From Eledone cirrhosa (lineage: Eukaryota), in assembly GCA_964016885.1 (NCBI GenBank), contig OZ024740.1, positions 394,134,001-394,198,000 on the forward strand: DNA of 64,000 bases, in the 5' to 3' direction. Both the position numbers and the translations under genes were made by a program. Numbering within the stretch: the first letter of the stretch is position 1; each line of letters begins with the position of its first letter. Positions 39,397-52,605 of this stretch are shown here, piece after piece. The notes under the pieces are model-generated. The model was not told the DNA's origin and did no database searches. It was given only the letters and a program-made list of their open reading frames with translations.

Positions 39397-41646
39397 GTAA
39401 ATATATATGCATAAGTATACGGACGCATATGTGTTTGAATAATCCGCATATTTACGTAGAACACAATGTATACACTATCAGAAATTCTGGCTGTTAAATG
39501 TCGCTTGTTCTCATTGTTATATTTTTATATATTTAATTTCCTTTTGCTGCAACTGCGTAACTCAAATATTTAACATGAGACAAATATTTTAAATATTAAT
39601 GTCAAACATGATATGGTGCAATGATGGCAATCTTTATATAATTTTAAAGCATTAATATTTAAAATCTGGTCTGTCTCCATGCGGTTAAAAAAATAAGCAT
39701 TTTCGATTTACTAGCGCCACACTCACTGCAATTATGTCTGGTAAGCCTCCATCTATCCTTTCGTTTAACTGCAGTTAGTTCTTTTGTTTTCTTTTGTTTT
39801 CGCTTATCTGAGAGAAAAATAAAACTACTTTTTCTTTTTCTTTTTCTTTTTCTTTTTCTTTTTCTTTTTTGTCATCGAGAGAATAGGATTAAGACGCTGC
39901 TATGATTATGCTGTAACGATTAAAACTTTATAACTTCGAAATAATACCGTAAAAATATTACTCTTGGTAAATGTTTAAATTGATATTATACAGATAATGG
40001 TGAGAAATATGCTATTTTGTGAAATTCAATTTCCACTTTATTTCTAAATACCTGATTCAATCCAGATTCTTCTATATGATCACTCGAGCTGCAAGAGTGT
40101 AGAGTCAAATCTTATTCACATTTCCCTGTCGTCTTCAAACAAAGAAGCTCACAGTGCATCATGTAGTCATATATATATATACTAGAATTGGTAAAAAAAT
40201 GAAATACTTTATAGTCTTGGATGGAACGCCATTGGTTATAGTCTGCGCGATCAGTCATGATTTGAACCTAAGCAATGATGTTAACATCAACAATAACAAC
40301 AGCAACGATATCAGCAACAATCCCAGCAGCAAATGTGTTTTAAAATGTCCTGATCCTGTGTCCAGAATCATAATATTTTCTTTTATTCCTTCTATGTCTC
40401 TACACTTTCCTGACAAGAAATGTGCCATCATAGACTTTTCGTATGTAATGTTGACGTCCACATAACATAAAGAAATATAAGTCAAATCCACTGTTCGAAC
40501 GACAGTAATACACGATAAATCACCTTAAAAATACACCTTTACAATCGAAGACTGGATAATGTAATCCTGGACACATACCTTGTCAAGAAAGAAAATGACA
40601 GGATGGTCGTGGCTGAGGTTCTTTGATTTATAGGATTGATTAGTGGCTAAATATCAACACCAGCTACTAAATCTAGTTGCAGTCATATTGTTTCTTTAGA
40701 AGAAGTAACTAATCTCGATACTATTTCAAGCAGGTCATGCGACCATATAATGATTTTTATCTTGGCTCCGTTGGTAAAATGATAGATTGTGGATTTGGCT
40801 TCTTGTTTGAAGCTACATAATTCATATAGTTTGGTACTTTTGTTGGGTTAATTACACCGTGTGTGTATCAGACTGTACTTATTTTTGTGTAAATGTGACC
40901 AGGTTAGCGAGGTATGAATAAGAATATATGAAAAGATGCGTTGGATTCTTGTCAATTTCTAGATGCTGCTATTCCTAGTGGGGCAAATAATCAAGTCCAA
41001 TTTTACTAAATGTCTCTAGTTTGGTTAAAGTAAAACACGCATATATAGAAAGTTACATGGGGAATTTACAGATTTTTCTAACCTACGAATTTACAGATTT
41101 TTCTAGCCTTAGTTCTAATTATAATTTTTTTAAATATCTATATTAGAAATTGGATAATATAAGAATAGAAATATATAATCATACAGTGTATAAAACATTT
41201 TCGTGTACGTAAAAATATATTCATTCGCACAGTTACAAAGAAAAATATAATGCAAAGCGCAAACCATTACCTATTTATATTGCATGGGTTTATAGATAAT
41301 ATAAAAAGTAATTTAACATGAAATACACACATGAACAGACAAGTACATAAAAACAGAAACCTATTGGAATAGGTGAAGTTTGTAGCATAGTTGGATGTCT
41401 AATCTCTTTCACAGTTGTGTAATTCCAGAAAACATAATAATAGGATTCAATGTGTTCTTAATATTACATACAATAAAAGCTCGTTTCATGAATATAGTAA
41501 TATTCACGGGAAAAAAAAAAAAAATACACACATCCACACACACGCGCACATACACACACATTGCACATCCATAACATGTCAGTAAATAGCGTTAACTATT
41601 ACTGTATGTGAACTTCTATCACTCATAAATATATAAAGCAATGAGG

Positions 41647-41711
<65 letters not shown>

Positions 41712-41769
41712 CACACACACACATATATGTATATATATATATATAAATACACATACACACACACACACA

Positions 41770-41842
<73 letters not shown>

Positions 41843-42007
41843 CATATATACAAATATATATATATATATATATACATACACATATATATATACATACATA
41901 TGTATATATACATATATATATATACATATATATACACATATATATATATATACATATATATACACATATATATATATATACATATGTACATATATTATAT
42001 ATATAAT

Positions 42008-42113
<106 letters not shown>

Positions 42114-42690
42114 GGCGTCTGAAATACTCAAAGAAATTATGCCAACAAAACAAAATGTGGTTGCCCGAACAGCAACATACGTCAAATAAATCCAACGCAG
42201 ATATATTTCGTAAAGTATTAGGAACTAACCTTTAAGTAGACTAATTCGAAGGATAGTATGACTGCAGAGGTAACATTTCACATAGATAATAATGGAGGAA
42301 TAGCTAAGATGGAACAGGTATCAACGTATTATTCTTCTAACATGTTTCTATAAGAGTGAGAGCAATAAATACAAGGGAGAAAATGGTGATATACCTTGCT
42401 CACGATCCGTTCTTAATATATAGGTTATATATTATAATCAGATCAGTGAATCGGTTGTCAACATTAAATCCTCTCTATATTGTTGGATTAATGCCTTACA
42501 TTATTCATCTTGAGCATTCGTCTGTTATAATATATATATATATATATATATACTGAAATAAAAGTTAAGTGGAAACACTCAGCCCATAGGATGTGTTTAG
42601 ATCTTTGTTTTTTTATTTTTCTCATGGCGGGCTGAAGAAATCGGGGCCCAGAACATAACGAAACTTGAGTACCAGTTTGTGTCACTGTTG

Positions 42691-42730
<40 letters not shown>

Positions 42731-42943
42731 CGGAAAAAATGAAACGAAATTTCATTTCCCACTCTTAGTACGGCTGTTACTTAGTACAGCTGTTACTGAA
42801 ATTTCGTTTCATTTTTACCGTTTATCGTTTTCGGTGCACCCGGCCGATTAACCCACTCGATATGCAAATTAGGCTGCTCAGCCGTTAATATGCATAAGGA
42901 AAGTATATACTTTCAGACGTTCAATCATCTGGCAGGAAGGTAT

Positions 42944-42986
42944 ACGTTGCTGACGATAGCTAAGAAGCTTGAAACTAGTAAAGCGT
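42944..42986 (+). ncRNA. Minimal type I hammerhead motif (one stem I mismatch)
   Basis: ACGUUG CUGACGA UAGCUAAGAAGCUU GAAA CUAG UA AAGCGU. Confidence 0.6.
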
Positions 42987-43372
42987 TCCTTTGTCAGTGT
43001 TGAACAAACGAGCAACGATGGTTGCTAGACACTACGGCTTAATAAGGGATGTTTGTTTACAAACACACCGAGCATTATAATAAATGTTCGGTGAATCCAT
43101 ACGTACATATATATATGTGTGCATGTATGTATATATATATACATATTACTGTACGTCTGTATACATATATGTATGTACGTATACATACTTATATTTAAGT
43201 AACAGCCGTACTAAGAGTGGGAAATGAAATTTCGTTTCATTTATTTTCGTTTATCGTTTTCGGTGCACCCGGCCGATTAACCCACACAATATGCAAATTA
43301 GGCTGCTCAGCCGTTAATATGCATAAGGAAAGTATATACTTTCAGACGTTCAATCATCTGGCAGGAAGGTAT

Positions 43373-43415
43373 ACGTCGCTGACGATAGCTAATAAGCTTG
43401 AAACTAGTACAGCGT
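43373..43415 (+). ncRNA. Minimal type I hammerhead motif (one stem I mismatch)
   Basis: ACGUCG CUGACGA UAGCUAAUAAGCUU GAAA CUAG UA CAGCGU. Confidence 0.6.
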
Positions 43416-43823
43416 TCCTTTGTCAGTGTTGAACAAACAAGCAACGATGGTTGCTAGACACTACGGCTTAATACGGGATGTTTGTTTACAAACACACCGA
43501 GCATTATAATAAATGTTCGGTGAATCCATACGCACATATATATATATATGTGTGTGCATGTATGTATAAATATATACATACTACTGTACGTCTGCATACA
43601 TATATGTATGTACGTATACTTACTTATACATACATATATATATATATGTATATATATATGTTAGTATTCGTGCTCTGAAATAGCGATGTATACATGAATG
43701 TATGTATAGTATATTTGGAAATATGCCGTATGTTTAATTAAAACATTTTTGCTGGACCGGCAATTGCTCTGTATTATCAGCTCCTGATTATTACTGGAAT
43801 TCTATAAGAATCCAGCTTCTATA

Positions 43824-43916
43824 ATTTTCGGCGAAGGCAGGGAGGTACATTGCTCTGATGAACGCCAACCAGCGTGAAACAGACTGTCAGCTTCTCTCCC
43901 TTCCTTCGCCGAAAAT
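43824..43916 (+). ncRNA. Type I hammerhead ribozyme with extended stem I
   Basis: GCU CUGAUGA ACGC CAACCA GCGU GAAA CAGACUG UC AGC, closed by the outer helix AUUUUCGGCGAAGGCAGGGAG/CUCCCUUCCUUCGCCGAAAAU. Predicted cleavage after C43888. Confidence 0.8.
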
Positions 43917-44151
43917 AAGTAATTGACATAGTCACTACTTTAACACTGATAGCGTATGGTCTTCTAAATGTTTTTAATTAAACATACGGTATATTGCCAA
44001 ACACTATTTCTTGGTTAAATATTTCAAGCATATGTGGTTTTTCAACCCTTATAATTTTAGACACACGGTTTACTGTGTTTCTTACTATATATTGTTAATC
44101 GGCTCAGTATTTATACTTTATACTTAGAGCTTAATGGTTACAGCGTTCTAA

Positions 44152-44186
<35 letters not shown>

Positions 44187-44281
44187 ATAATAATAAATTT
44201 GAAGACTGAACCCGGTCATTGCAATGACCATAGTATAATAAACCTTTTAAGGAATTACACCAGTCCAGCCTCCTCTTATTT

Positions 44282-44353
<72 letters not shown>

Positions 44354-44360
44354 TAAAGTT

Positions 44361-45155
44361 GTTCCCTTTATTTACGTGTCCCAACGACTTTTTTAGCCGT
44401 TGCTCGCACCAACCGGAGGGATATGGTCTTTAAAGCGATGAAATACCAATGATGGTTGGAAGGTCACTGATGAAGGACTAACTTTATTCATATGTAACCC
44501 ATTAGCAACCCCGCAGCATGTTTTTCTCATATTTACACATTTTTTCCCCCGCTGTTACACGTCTATTTCGTTCTTACTGCTTCCTCTTTCTCTGTATCTT
44601 TACCCTCTCTAGCAGTCACTCTCTCTGTTAGCCTCTTCCTCACCCTTCACCCACTCATTCTCTGTTACTACCTCTCCTCCTCCTCCTTCTTCCCGTTTGA
44701 CCTGTGCGTAATTCTTTTCTTTCGCATCCTTGGTCTGGCAGGTCGCTATTTTTCTCTCTCTCGTCTACGATTTCACAGAACTTACGTTCACCGAAATCAC
44801 AGACTAGACCCCTTCTTCCTCCCGTTAGACCTGTACGGAATTCCTTCCTTGCTTACATTCCAACCAGGTTTGATGGTCTTTATTCTCTCTCGTTCACGAT
44901 TTCACCGAATTTAAATTCATAGAAATTTGGGACTTGACTCCTTCTTCCTCATTTTTCGTTGCTTCACCATTTTTGTTTGTTTACACTCGTGTTCCCTTTA
45001 TTTACGTGTCCCAACGATTTTTTTTAGCCGTTGCTCACACCAACCGGAGGTATATGGTCGTTAAAGCGATGAAATACCAATGATGGTTGGAAGATCACTG
45101 ATGAAGGACTAACTTTATTCATATGTAACCCATTAGCAACCCCGCAGCACGTTTT

Positions 45156-45161
<6 letters not shown>
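44361..45161 (+). repeat. Element with ~170-bp terminal direct repeats (630-bp period) between (TA)n tracts
   Basis: 44361-44531 matches 44991-45161. There is an internal ~125-bp duplication at 44685-44950. Confidence 0.8.
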
Positions 45162-45233
<72 letters not shown>

Positions 45234-45352
45234 TTAATATAGATGAAACAGTTCTAGTCCTGTAGAATCTCATCTATATTAAAACTGTTATACTCTGCTA
45301 TGTATTGAGTACCTTACTTACTGTGGTTACCTCCGATTCAACCCGGAATAAC

Positions 45353-45387
<35 letters not shown>

Positions 45388-45419
45388 GGTTAAATTCAAA
45401 ACATTGTCATCTGTCGAAT

Positions 45420-45990
45420 ATACACGTTTTGGTGTGTGAACAACGAGAATACAAAAGACATGATAATGTTGCCAGATTGGAAAGAGAAGGGGTGTGAGAG
45501 AATGGGAATTTAATCTTTTGTAGGACTTCACTATACAATCCGATATAATGACTGAGGTAAGAAGGCCAGACATTTTAGTTGTGACGGGAAGAAAAAAGAG
45601 GCCCCAGTTATCGATATATCTGTCCCAGGAGATAGTAGAGTGAAGGATAAAGAGCATGAAAAGATGGAGAAATATAAGCCACTGAAGGAGGAAGTTGAAA
45701 AGGTGTAGAGAATGATGAAGGTTTTAATGATTCTTGTCGCGATTGAATTATTCGGGTGCATGTTAGACAGTTTTGAGGACTGTGTAAATAGAATCGGAAT
45801 TGAGTCTAGGTTACAGTTCATACAGAAGACAGCACTTCTTGTTAGAACAAGGATTTTAGAGAAATTCTTGTCTATGGAAAACACACGAGAGGTTTCAATG
45901 AGAGATTTTTGTAAACTTGTTGATTACTCATTAACTAAAATATCCAGATCATTCAATATCTAAGACTCTGAGATTTATAAAAATGAACCA
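45420..45990 (+). pseudogene. Decayed R4-type RLE domain 3' fragment
   Basis: DFTIQSD..EVRRPDILVV...IDISVPGDSRVKDKEHEKMEKYKPLKEEV...IQKTALL. Confidence 0.75.
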
Positions 45991-46089
45991 TAATAATTAT
46001 AATATATCATTTATATTCTTATATATAGATGTGAATGTACATACACAAACGCATGTGCATAAATGCATGCATACATGCATACATACATA

Positions 46090-47080
46090 AAAAAAGATAG
46101 CCCCTGATAATAAACACATTAAAAGGGACAGAAAAAAGAAGCCATGCACAGTAGTGGAAGTAAGTTGTCTATCAGATGCCAATATATGCGAAAAGGAGAA
46201 TATTTATGCAGAAGTGATGAGAAATCTGCAGATACTCCACCCTGATTACACCTTCAGATTTATGCCTGTGATTATTGGGGCACTAGGGTATGTTAGTAAC
46301 TGCCTCAATACAAATCTTGAGAAGCTAGGCTTCACAGGAACAGAAAGAACACAACTAGTTAGGAAATTACAAGTACAATCCATTAATGAAACAGTAAAAA
46401 TATATAAAACATTCCAAAAAATTTGCATCTAATAACTGTACATATACAAAGTATATACACATGCACACATACAACTCAAAACATCCACATCCACACATAC
46501 AATAACATCCATATCTACACATGCATGCATGCAGACATACATACATATCTACCTAGTTGATATGTAAATTCCAATGAGAAAGTCTTGTATATATGTTAGA
46601 AACCGACTCTCTCTATTGGGAAAAATTTTGGGAAATTATAAAACCAGAAGAACATACATACCCCTGATTACACCTTCAGATTTATGCCTGTGATTATTGG
46701 GGCACTGGGATATGTTAGTAACTGCCTCAATACAAATCTTGAGAAGCTAGGCTTCACAGGAACAGAAAGAACACAACTAGTAAGGAAATTACAAGTACAA
46801 TCCATTAATGGAACCGTAAAAATCCATTAATGGAATGTAAAACATTCCAAAAATGTTGCATCTAATAACTGCATATACACATGTACAGATACAAAGCATA
46901 TACACATGCACACATACAACTCAAAACATACACATACAATAACATCCATATCTACACATGCATGCATACATACCTAGTTTGATGTTGTGTAAATTCGAAT
47001 GAGAGAGTGTTGTGTCTATGTTAGAAACCGACTCTCTCTCTCCATTGGTAAAACTTTGTGAAATTATAAAACCAGAAGAA
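46090..47080 (+). mobile_element. Two tandem 3'-end copies of the CATA-associated R4 family
   Basis: 46090-46652 and 46661-47080 each end AAACCAGAAGAA followed by CATA repeats. Both are homologous to the reverse complement of 30363-31070. Confidence 0.85.
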
Positions 47081-50036
47081 CATACATACATATACACATA
47101 AATCATATATATAATTTTAACTGAGTATTATTCAGGCAATTCTGTTAAATTGCTTCCTAACAAAGTAATCATTGCTATAATGAGCATAGTTTGCATGGAC
47201 TGTCACCTAGAACTTTATTATCCTTGTTGATTTTCCTATTATTGCTCTATTTTACAGCTAAAATACATGCACAGAATTAACCTCATGTTGAAGAGATATT
47301 TTGTATTAAAGGGCTGATAGGTACAATTCGGTAGAGATATATAAAGGTATTAACGGTATTATGTATGTTTTCACGGATGTAAGTTTTGCAGTATTCTTGA
47401 TATCAGTAAGAACAGACTCTTCCTTATTCAATTAATTCCGTATCGACTTCGTAAAGTACCACTTGGAATGGAATGTGTGGATAGACAGGTATGGGCTGCT
47501 CTCCAGTAAAACGCTCAGGGGAGGGGGGTGAATTGTAGTGGCGTACATCTTTCCAGTGAGTGGGCCTGTTTCCAACATACGCCAGTAGGTTGAGAAATAC
47601 TATCGAGTGAGGGTACTTCCCCCGTTTCAATCAGAGTAACCACGGATCTCTAACTTTCCTTAATTTGTCATTGATGGCGTCCTTCTTTTAAGATATCTTT
47701 ATACTGTGTATAATGTCATTTTTATCTCATTCGATTTCTATGTAATCCCTCTACCACTTTTTCGTAATGTGTCACTGTAATATCTCCTTAATAAAAAGAT
47801 TGTTATACCAAGGAAGAGGAGGGAAGATTAATCGTTTTATATTCTCCCTATATCTAAAAATATCATTATTGTTTGTTAGTCCTTCTTGCATTCACAGTGG
47901 AAATTATTTTCAACATAGCCATAATAATATGTATGAAGGAGGATTCCCATTAGCTTGTTAGTAAAACTCCTTCTTCTGCAGAGAGGATATGAATTAACTT
48001 ATTCTCTGGTGTATTAGCAACAATTGCACAAATAAAAATATTCTCTATATTAGTACCCATAACTACAACACTGACATGAGCTAAGGATAAATGACGTAAA
48101 TATCTGTTACAATGACTGTAAAAATAACAATGATAGCCAGTGGTAATAATGACAATGAAATTTAAAGCAGTAATAAAAAGGTTGACAGGGATATAAAAAC
48201 AGATTAGTATTCAGACTATTTGTATGAATAATCCGAGACCTGAACACTACGAAAGACAAAATGGAAGAAGTAACGTTATACGTTTACAAATAAAAAATGT
48301 AACACAACTAAACGCATTATATAGGATAAGATAATATTATTTAAAGGCCTTTCTCATCCGCAAGACAAGACATCTTGAAAACATGCCTTGGCTAGATGTT
48401 GAGGCTTTAATTAAATAACTCAAACAGCTATCGTCTAAATTAAAGAACATTACTTTCACCCACAACCGAAGACAACAACTTCTACGGTACGCATGTCAAA
48501 CGTTTACAGACAGAATTCTTAATGGAATTAAAACATTTGGGAAAGGCAAGAAAAAGATGATACCAAGTAAGCCAGAACCTTTGTAGATACCTTCAACGTC
48601 GCCAGCATAAGAAAAATGCCAATAATGATTGGTGAACGGAGCAGCTCTAGTGTGGTCGTTTAACCAGCTATACATTACTTCCTAATCTCCATGAATTTGC
48701 AACAGTCTGTGTTTGAAAGGGAAAGACATATTGAATGATGCGATCGTAGTTACACTAACTGAAACAAATGTGGGATGATCATGTCTAGAATGCTTTCAAT
48801 TATAGATACGTCATATCAGAGTTGTTTTGAGACAAAAACTCCGTAGATTAGAATTAGAATAATTCAGTGTAAAATGATGACCATACTTGTAGAATATAGA
48901 GTCATTCTAGACAGCTTCCTTCTATAAAGATTAGTATTAAAAAGATTGAGACTAAAGGCATGGAGACAGAGGAAGAGAGCGAGAGAGGGAAAGAGTGAGT
49001 CCAAATATTTCTTTTGGAGTGATAAAAGGCATTTAAAAACTCTTGTTTTCCTTTTAGGCCATATCTTATATGCTCAGCACATACTCGATGAACTGTTATG
49101 ACATATATATGTGTGTTTGCGTGAGTGTAAGTAGGTATATTATTATCATTCATTAGCATATTTGATCATATACATAACTTCGTCAGTAAAGCATTATAAT
49201 AAATGCTTTCCCGGGGACTTTGAAAAGTCCCCACGCAAAGGTAACAATTTTGACCATCAAATAAACAATCACAAAAAGAACGATAAAAACAACTCCCTTG
49301 TGAAATTATCATTGCTGCTATTTTTACTGCTGAGCTAACTTTTAATTGTTTAAGAAAGAGTGATGACCAAAACACCAGGCGTCACTGCAATATAAAATAA
49401 ATAAAAGAGAAAGCTTTGGCAAGTAAACTAGCCATGGTTGAAATATAGTAATCCTAAACCATAGCAGTCCTTTTAGCACTTCATCACCTATACTACTCCA
49501 ATACACTTTGCAAAACAAAAGGAAAGATATTAACAAACTCCCAAATAGAATTATTGATAAACAAAACATGATCGTACAGAGGAAATAGCATCAGAAATAA
49601 ATTTCCTTTATATCTTGAAAAACAGGCATGAACACAACGACATATCTAAAATAACTACTTCTCAAACATCACGACCACATCGAAATAACTCCCTAAATAA
49701 CTCTTTACTAATCATCTGTCCATCGTCATTATAGCATACACATACCAGTACCCCCAACAAAAAAAAAATTCCTCTCAAAATTCAAAATTCCTCATTTTCA
49801 AAAGACCAGTCTGAAGCTACTTGAAGAATGGTCAAAAGGAAAATAAAAAAATATTTGACAGCTTATAAGACGTACTTATTTTTCCAAAAAATGTCCCAGA
49901 AATCACCCTGGGCTTACAAGTTCAAGTGTTAGTTTGGGTTACTGGCTAGAAAAAAATCTAGTGATGCAGTGGTCCTTAAATTAAACTGCAAACATCTTCC
50001 TCCTTAATATGTTAACTTTAGCCTAATTTAGCATGT

Positions 50037-50401
50037 GTCGGACGCCATGCTTTGCAGCATAGAGTTACGGCCCTTTGCGTTCTGAGTTCAAATCCCGCCG
50101 AGGTTAACTTTGCCTTTCATCCTTACGGGGTCGATAAAATAAAGTACCAGTAATACACTGGAGTAATTGCTGGCCTTGTGCCAAAAGTAGAAATAATTAT
50201 ATTTAGCACCACTAACGGCGGTGGATTGGCAGTATCGGTAGAGCGTCAGACACCATGCTTTGCAGCATAGGGTTATGGCTCTTTGCATTCTGAGTTCAAA
50301 TCCTACCGAGGTTGACTTTGCCTTTCATTCTTGTGGCGTCGATGAAATAAAGTACTAGCAATGCACTGGTGTAATTGCTGGCCTTGTGCCGAAAGTAGAA
50401 A
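50037..50401 (+). mobile_element. Two adjacent family A SINEs (5'-truncated 50037-50193; full 50217-50401)
   Basis: The second copy is flanked by the 19-bp duplication AATTATATTTAGCACCACT (50195-50213 and 50403-50421). Confidence 0.88.
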
Positions 50402-51399
50402 CAATTATATTTAGCACCACTCCTCCTTCAGAGGATGCGTCTGCGTAGTCGCTCGACTTTATACAAGTAACAGCGAAGTTCCCCTCAAACTTACTATCAT
50501 AAAAATGGAACAAAGATAATCGGACAATAAGCATTTCTAAATATATTGTCTGGAAGTAAGACGATATATTATTTAGCTGACCAGGAGTTAAGTAGCATTA
50601 GTTTGCCGTGTCATTAAAACCATTACTGTCAATAACATGGGTTAGTTATCTCCAAGTATTCCTTTGACACTATTCATGTTTCGCATTGTAAATGTAGATT
50701 TAATTCTCATTTTCGTATCGTTTTCCTCATATGAAGATATTGAGAGTAAGTAGTGTCAGTTATTTCAACTAAGTGAAGAAAATAAACATATTAAATAGAT
50801 TAAAGTTCAGTTTAGATTTCTCAAAACTATGGGCATTGACATTTTATAGAGTTCTTTTAATCTGGATAGATTTTACCAGATAAAAATTAAAGCAAACGTT
50901 TCAATGAATACACAGAAATGTCTGTCACTATATATGAGAATTTATCTCTTGATAAATTTCTTACTTGCCAACCTTTAATCACAAACCTTGAACCAACGAA
51001 CCCAATGACTTTCTAAACGGCAGTCAACTGACATTTGCTGACATGTCCTATATTAGGTGAGATGAAGTTTTTAAGTCTACGCTTTAAAGTAATTTATCTA
51101 ATCAATAACTTGGACGTTAATTCAGAGAATAAATTTGGCATTCACTACCTAGCCATTATAATGTGGATAGCTTTGTCCATCTTAAGAAGATTAAATATGA
51201 AGATAAGATAACAATAGGAAAGAATGAATTAAAGAGAGTAAAAAAAAAAGAAGACAAGAAAATAATAAGTAAAGCAATAGATGTTCTCTGAATAAATACG
51301 ACTATATTTTGGTTGTGCACAAAGATTCTATATTTAGAAGTGAAAGAGGATTGGAGGCCGCGGTTTTCAGACCTTTCTCTGGGTCTGTTAGCAGGTTTC

Positions 51400-51530
51400 T
51401 AGTTACGTCCCTTTACGGTCTGGGTTCAAATCCCGCTGAGGTTCACTTTGCTTTTCATCCTTACGGGGTCGATAAAATAAAGTATCAGTAATGTACTGAG
51501 TAATTGCTGGCCTTGTGCCAAAAGTAGAAA
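51400..51530 (+). mobile_element. Family A-related SINE, partial
   Basis: GGTTCAAATCCCGCTGAGG...GCTGGCCTTGTGCCAAAAGTAGAAA. Confidence 0.75.
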
Positions 51531-52515
51531 CAGTTATTTGGTTAAAGGAAATGAACATCGCTTATGTCGCTGGTGCCATCAGAAAAGGTTTGTTTTACAC
51601 ATATCAGTTATTGCTGCTCTTATGATATCATATATGTTCTTTGTATATTGGATAACCATCTCACAGTTTGGCAGTTTGTATATTCTCACCGATGTGAGAT
51701 TATCTCTGTACCGTACCCTATGTAATTAACTCTGCCAATGATTAGGGATAAACTACCACTATAAGCAACAACAAAGATCTAAATATATCGACACTCTTGA
51801 CTTTTTTAATAAAAGCAATGATACTTTATTTTTCTGTACTGAGTTCAACTCGTGAAAATATAGCATGGAGAAGAATAGCCTATGCTACCCTTAGGGTGAC
51901 CTTCTGTCCCAATACATTTCATGAAGTTGGATGCTGGAAAGGTGAATTATAAGGAAATTAACGAGTAGTTTAATAGTTTAGTAGGCTGAAGGAAAGAATC
52001 AATAAACAAACAATAATTATAGTTATTAGAACTAAATACTGGGTAGTATACATCCCTTTGTGAGCAACAGACTTAATCAGAATCAGGTGTGAAGAAAACT
52101 TGAATTGAATTTCAGAGGATAATTTAAATACCTTCTGCAGGTGGTGTTTTACAAGGGTTAAGTCCCCTCTTTCTATCCAAGCGTATTAGAAAACATGTAC
52201 ACTTTTTCTGGGTTTTTTTCTCTTAAATACAATATAGAAAACATATAAAGGAAATTCAACAGATCTAAACAAGGTAGAGAATTTAAATCATACAATAAAA
52301 TTAAAAATTTTAATATATCCCTTTTTAAAAATGAAAATGAAGTTTGTTGAAGCATATTCTTAAAACAAAATATATTTCGACTGTATTATATAATATAATT
52401 GAAGCAATTCATAATTTAATAAACGAAAGAACTCGCAGAATTTTCTCTTATACTCCTTATTTCTCCAATTCTTTCTCTCTCTCTCCACGCACACACACAT
52501 ACACACACATACACA

Positions 52516-52605
<90 letters not shown>

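Larger units (their letters stand above)
42727..43627 (+). repeat. Tandem dimer of the 429-nt hammerhead-containing unit with a short inverted 5' piece
   Basis: An inverted piece at 42727-42783 is followed by about two tandem units from 42798. The period is 429 nt. It is highly similar to 2082-3178 and embedded in (TA)n. Confidence 0.88.

Noticed and set aside
51579-51717. Possible minus-strand terminal exon (AG then VRYRDNLTSVRIYKLPNCEMVIQYTKNIYDIIRAAITDMCKTNLF*)
   Set aside because: Weak polypyrimidine tract, no recognisable domain and no partner exons. It would need RNA-seq support.
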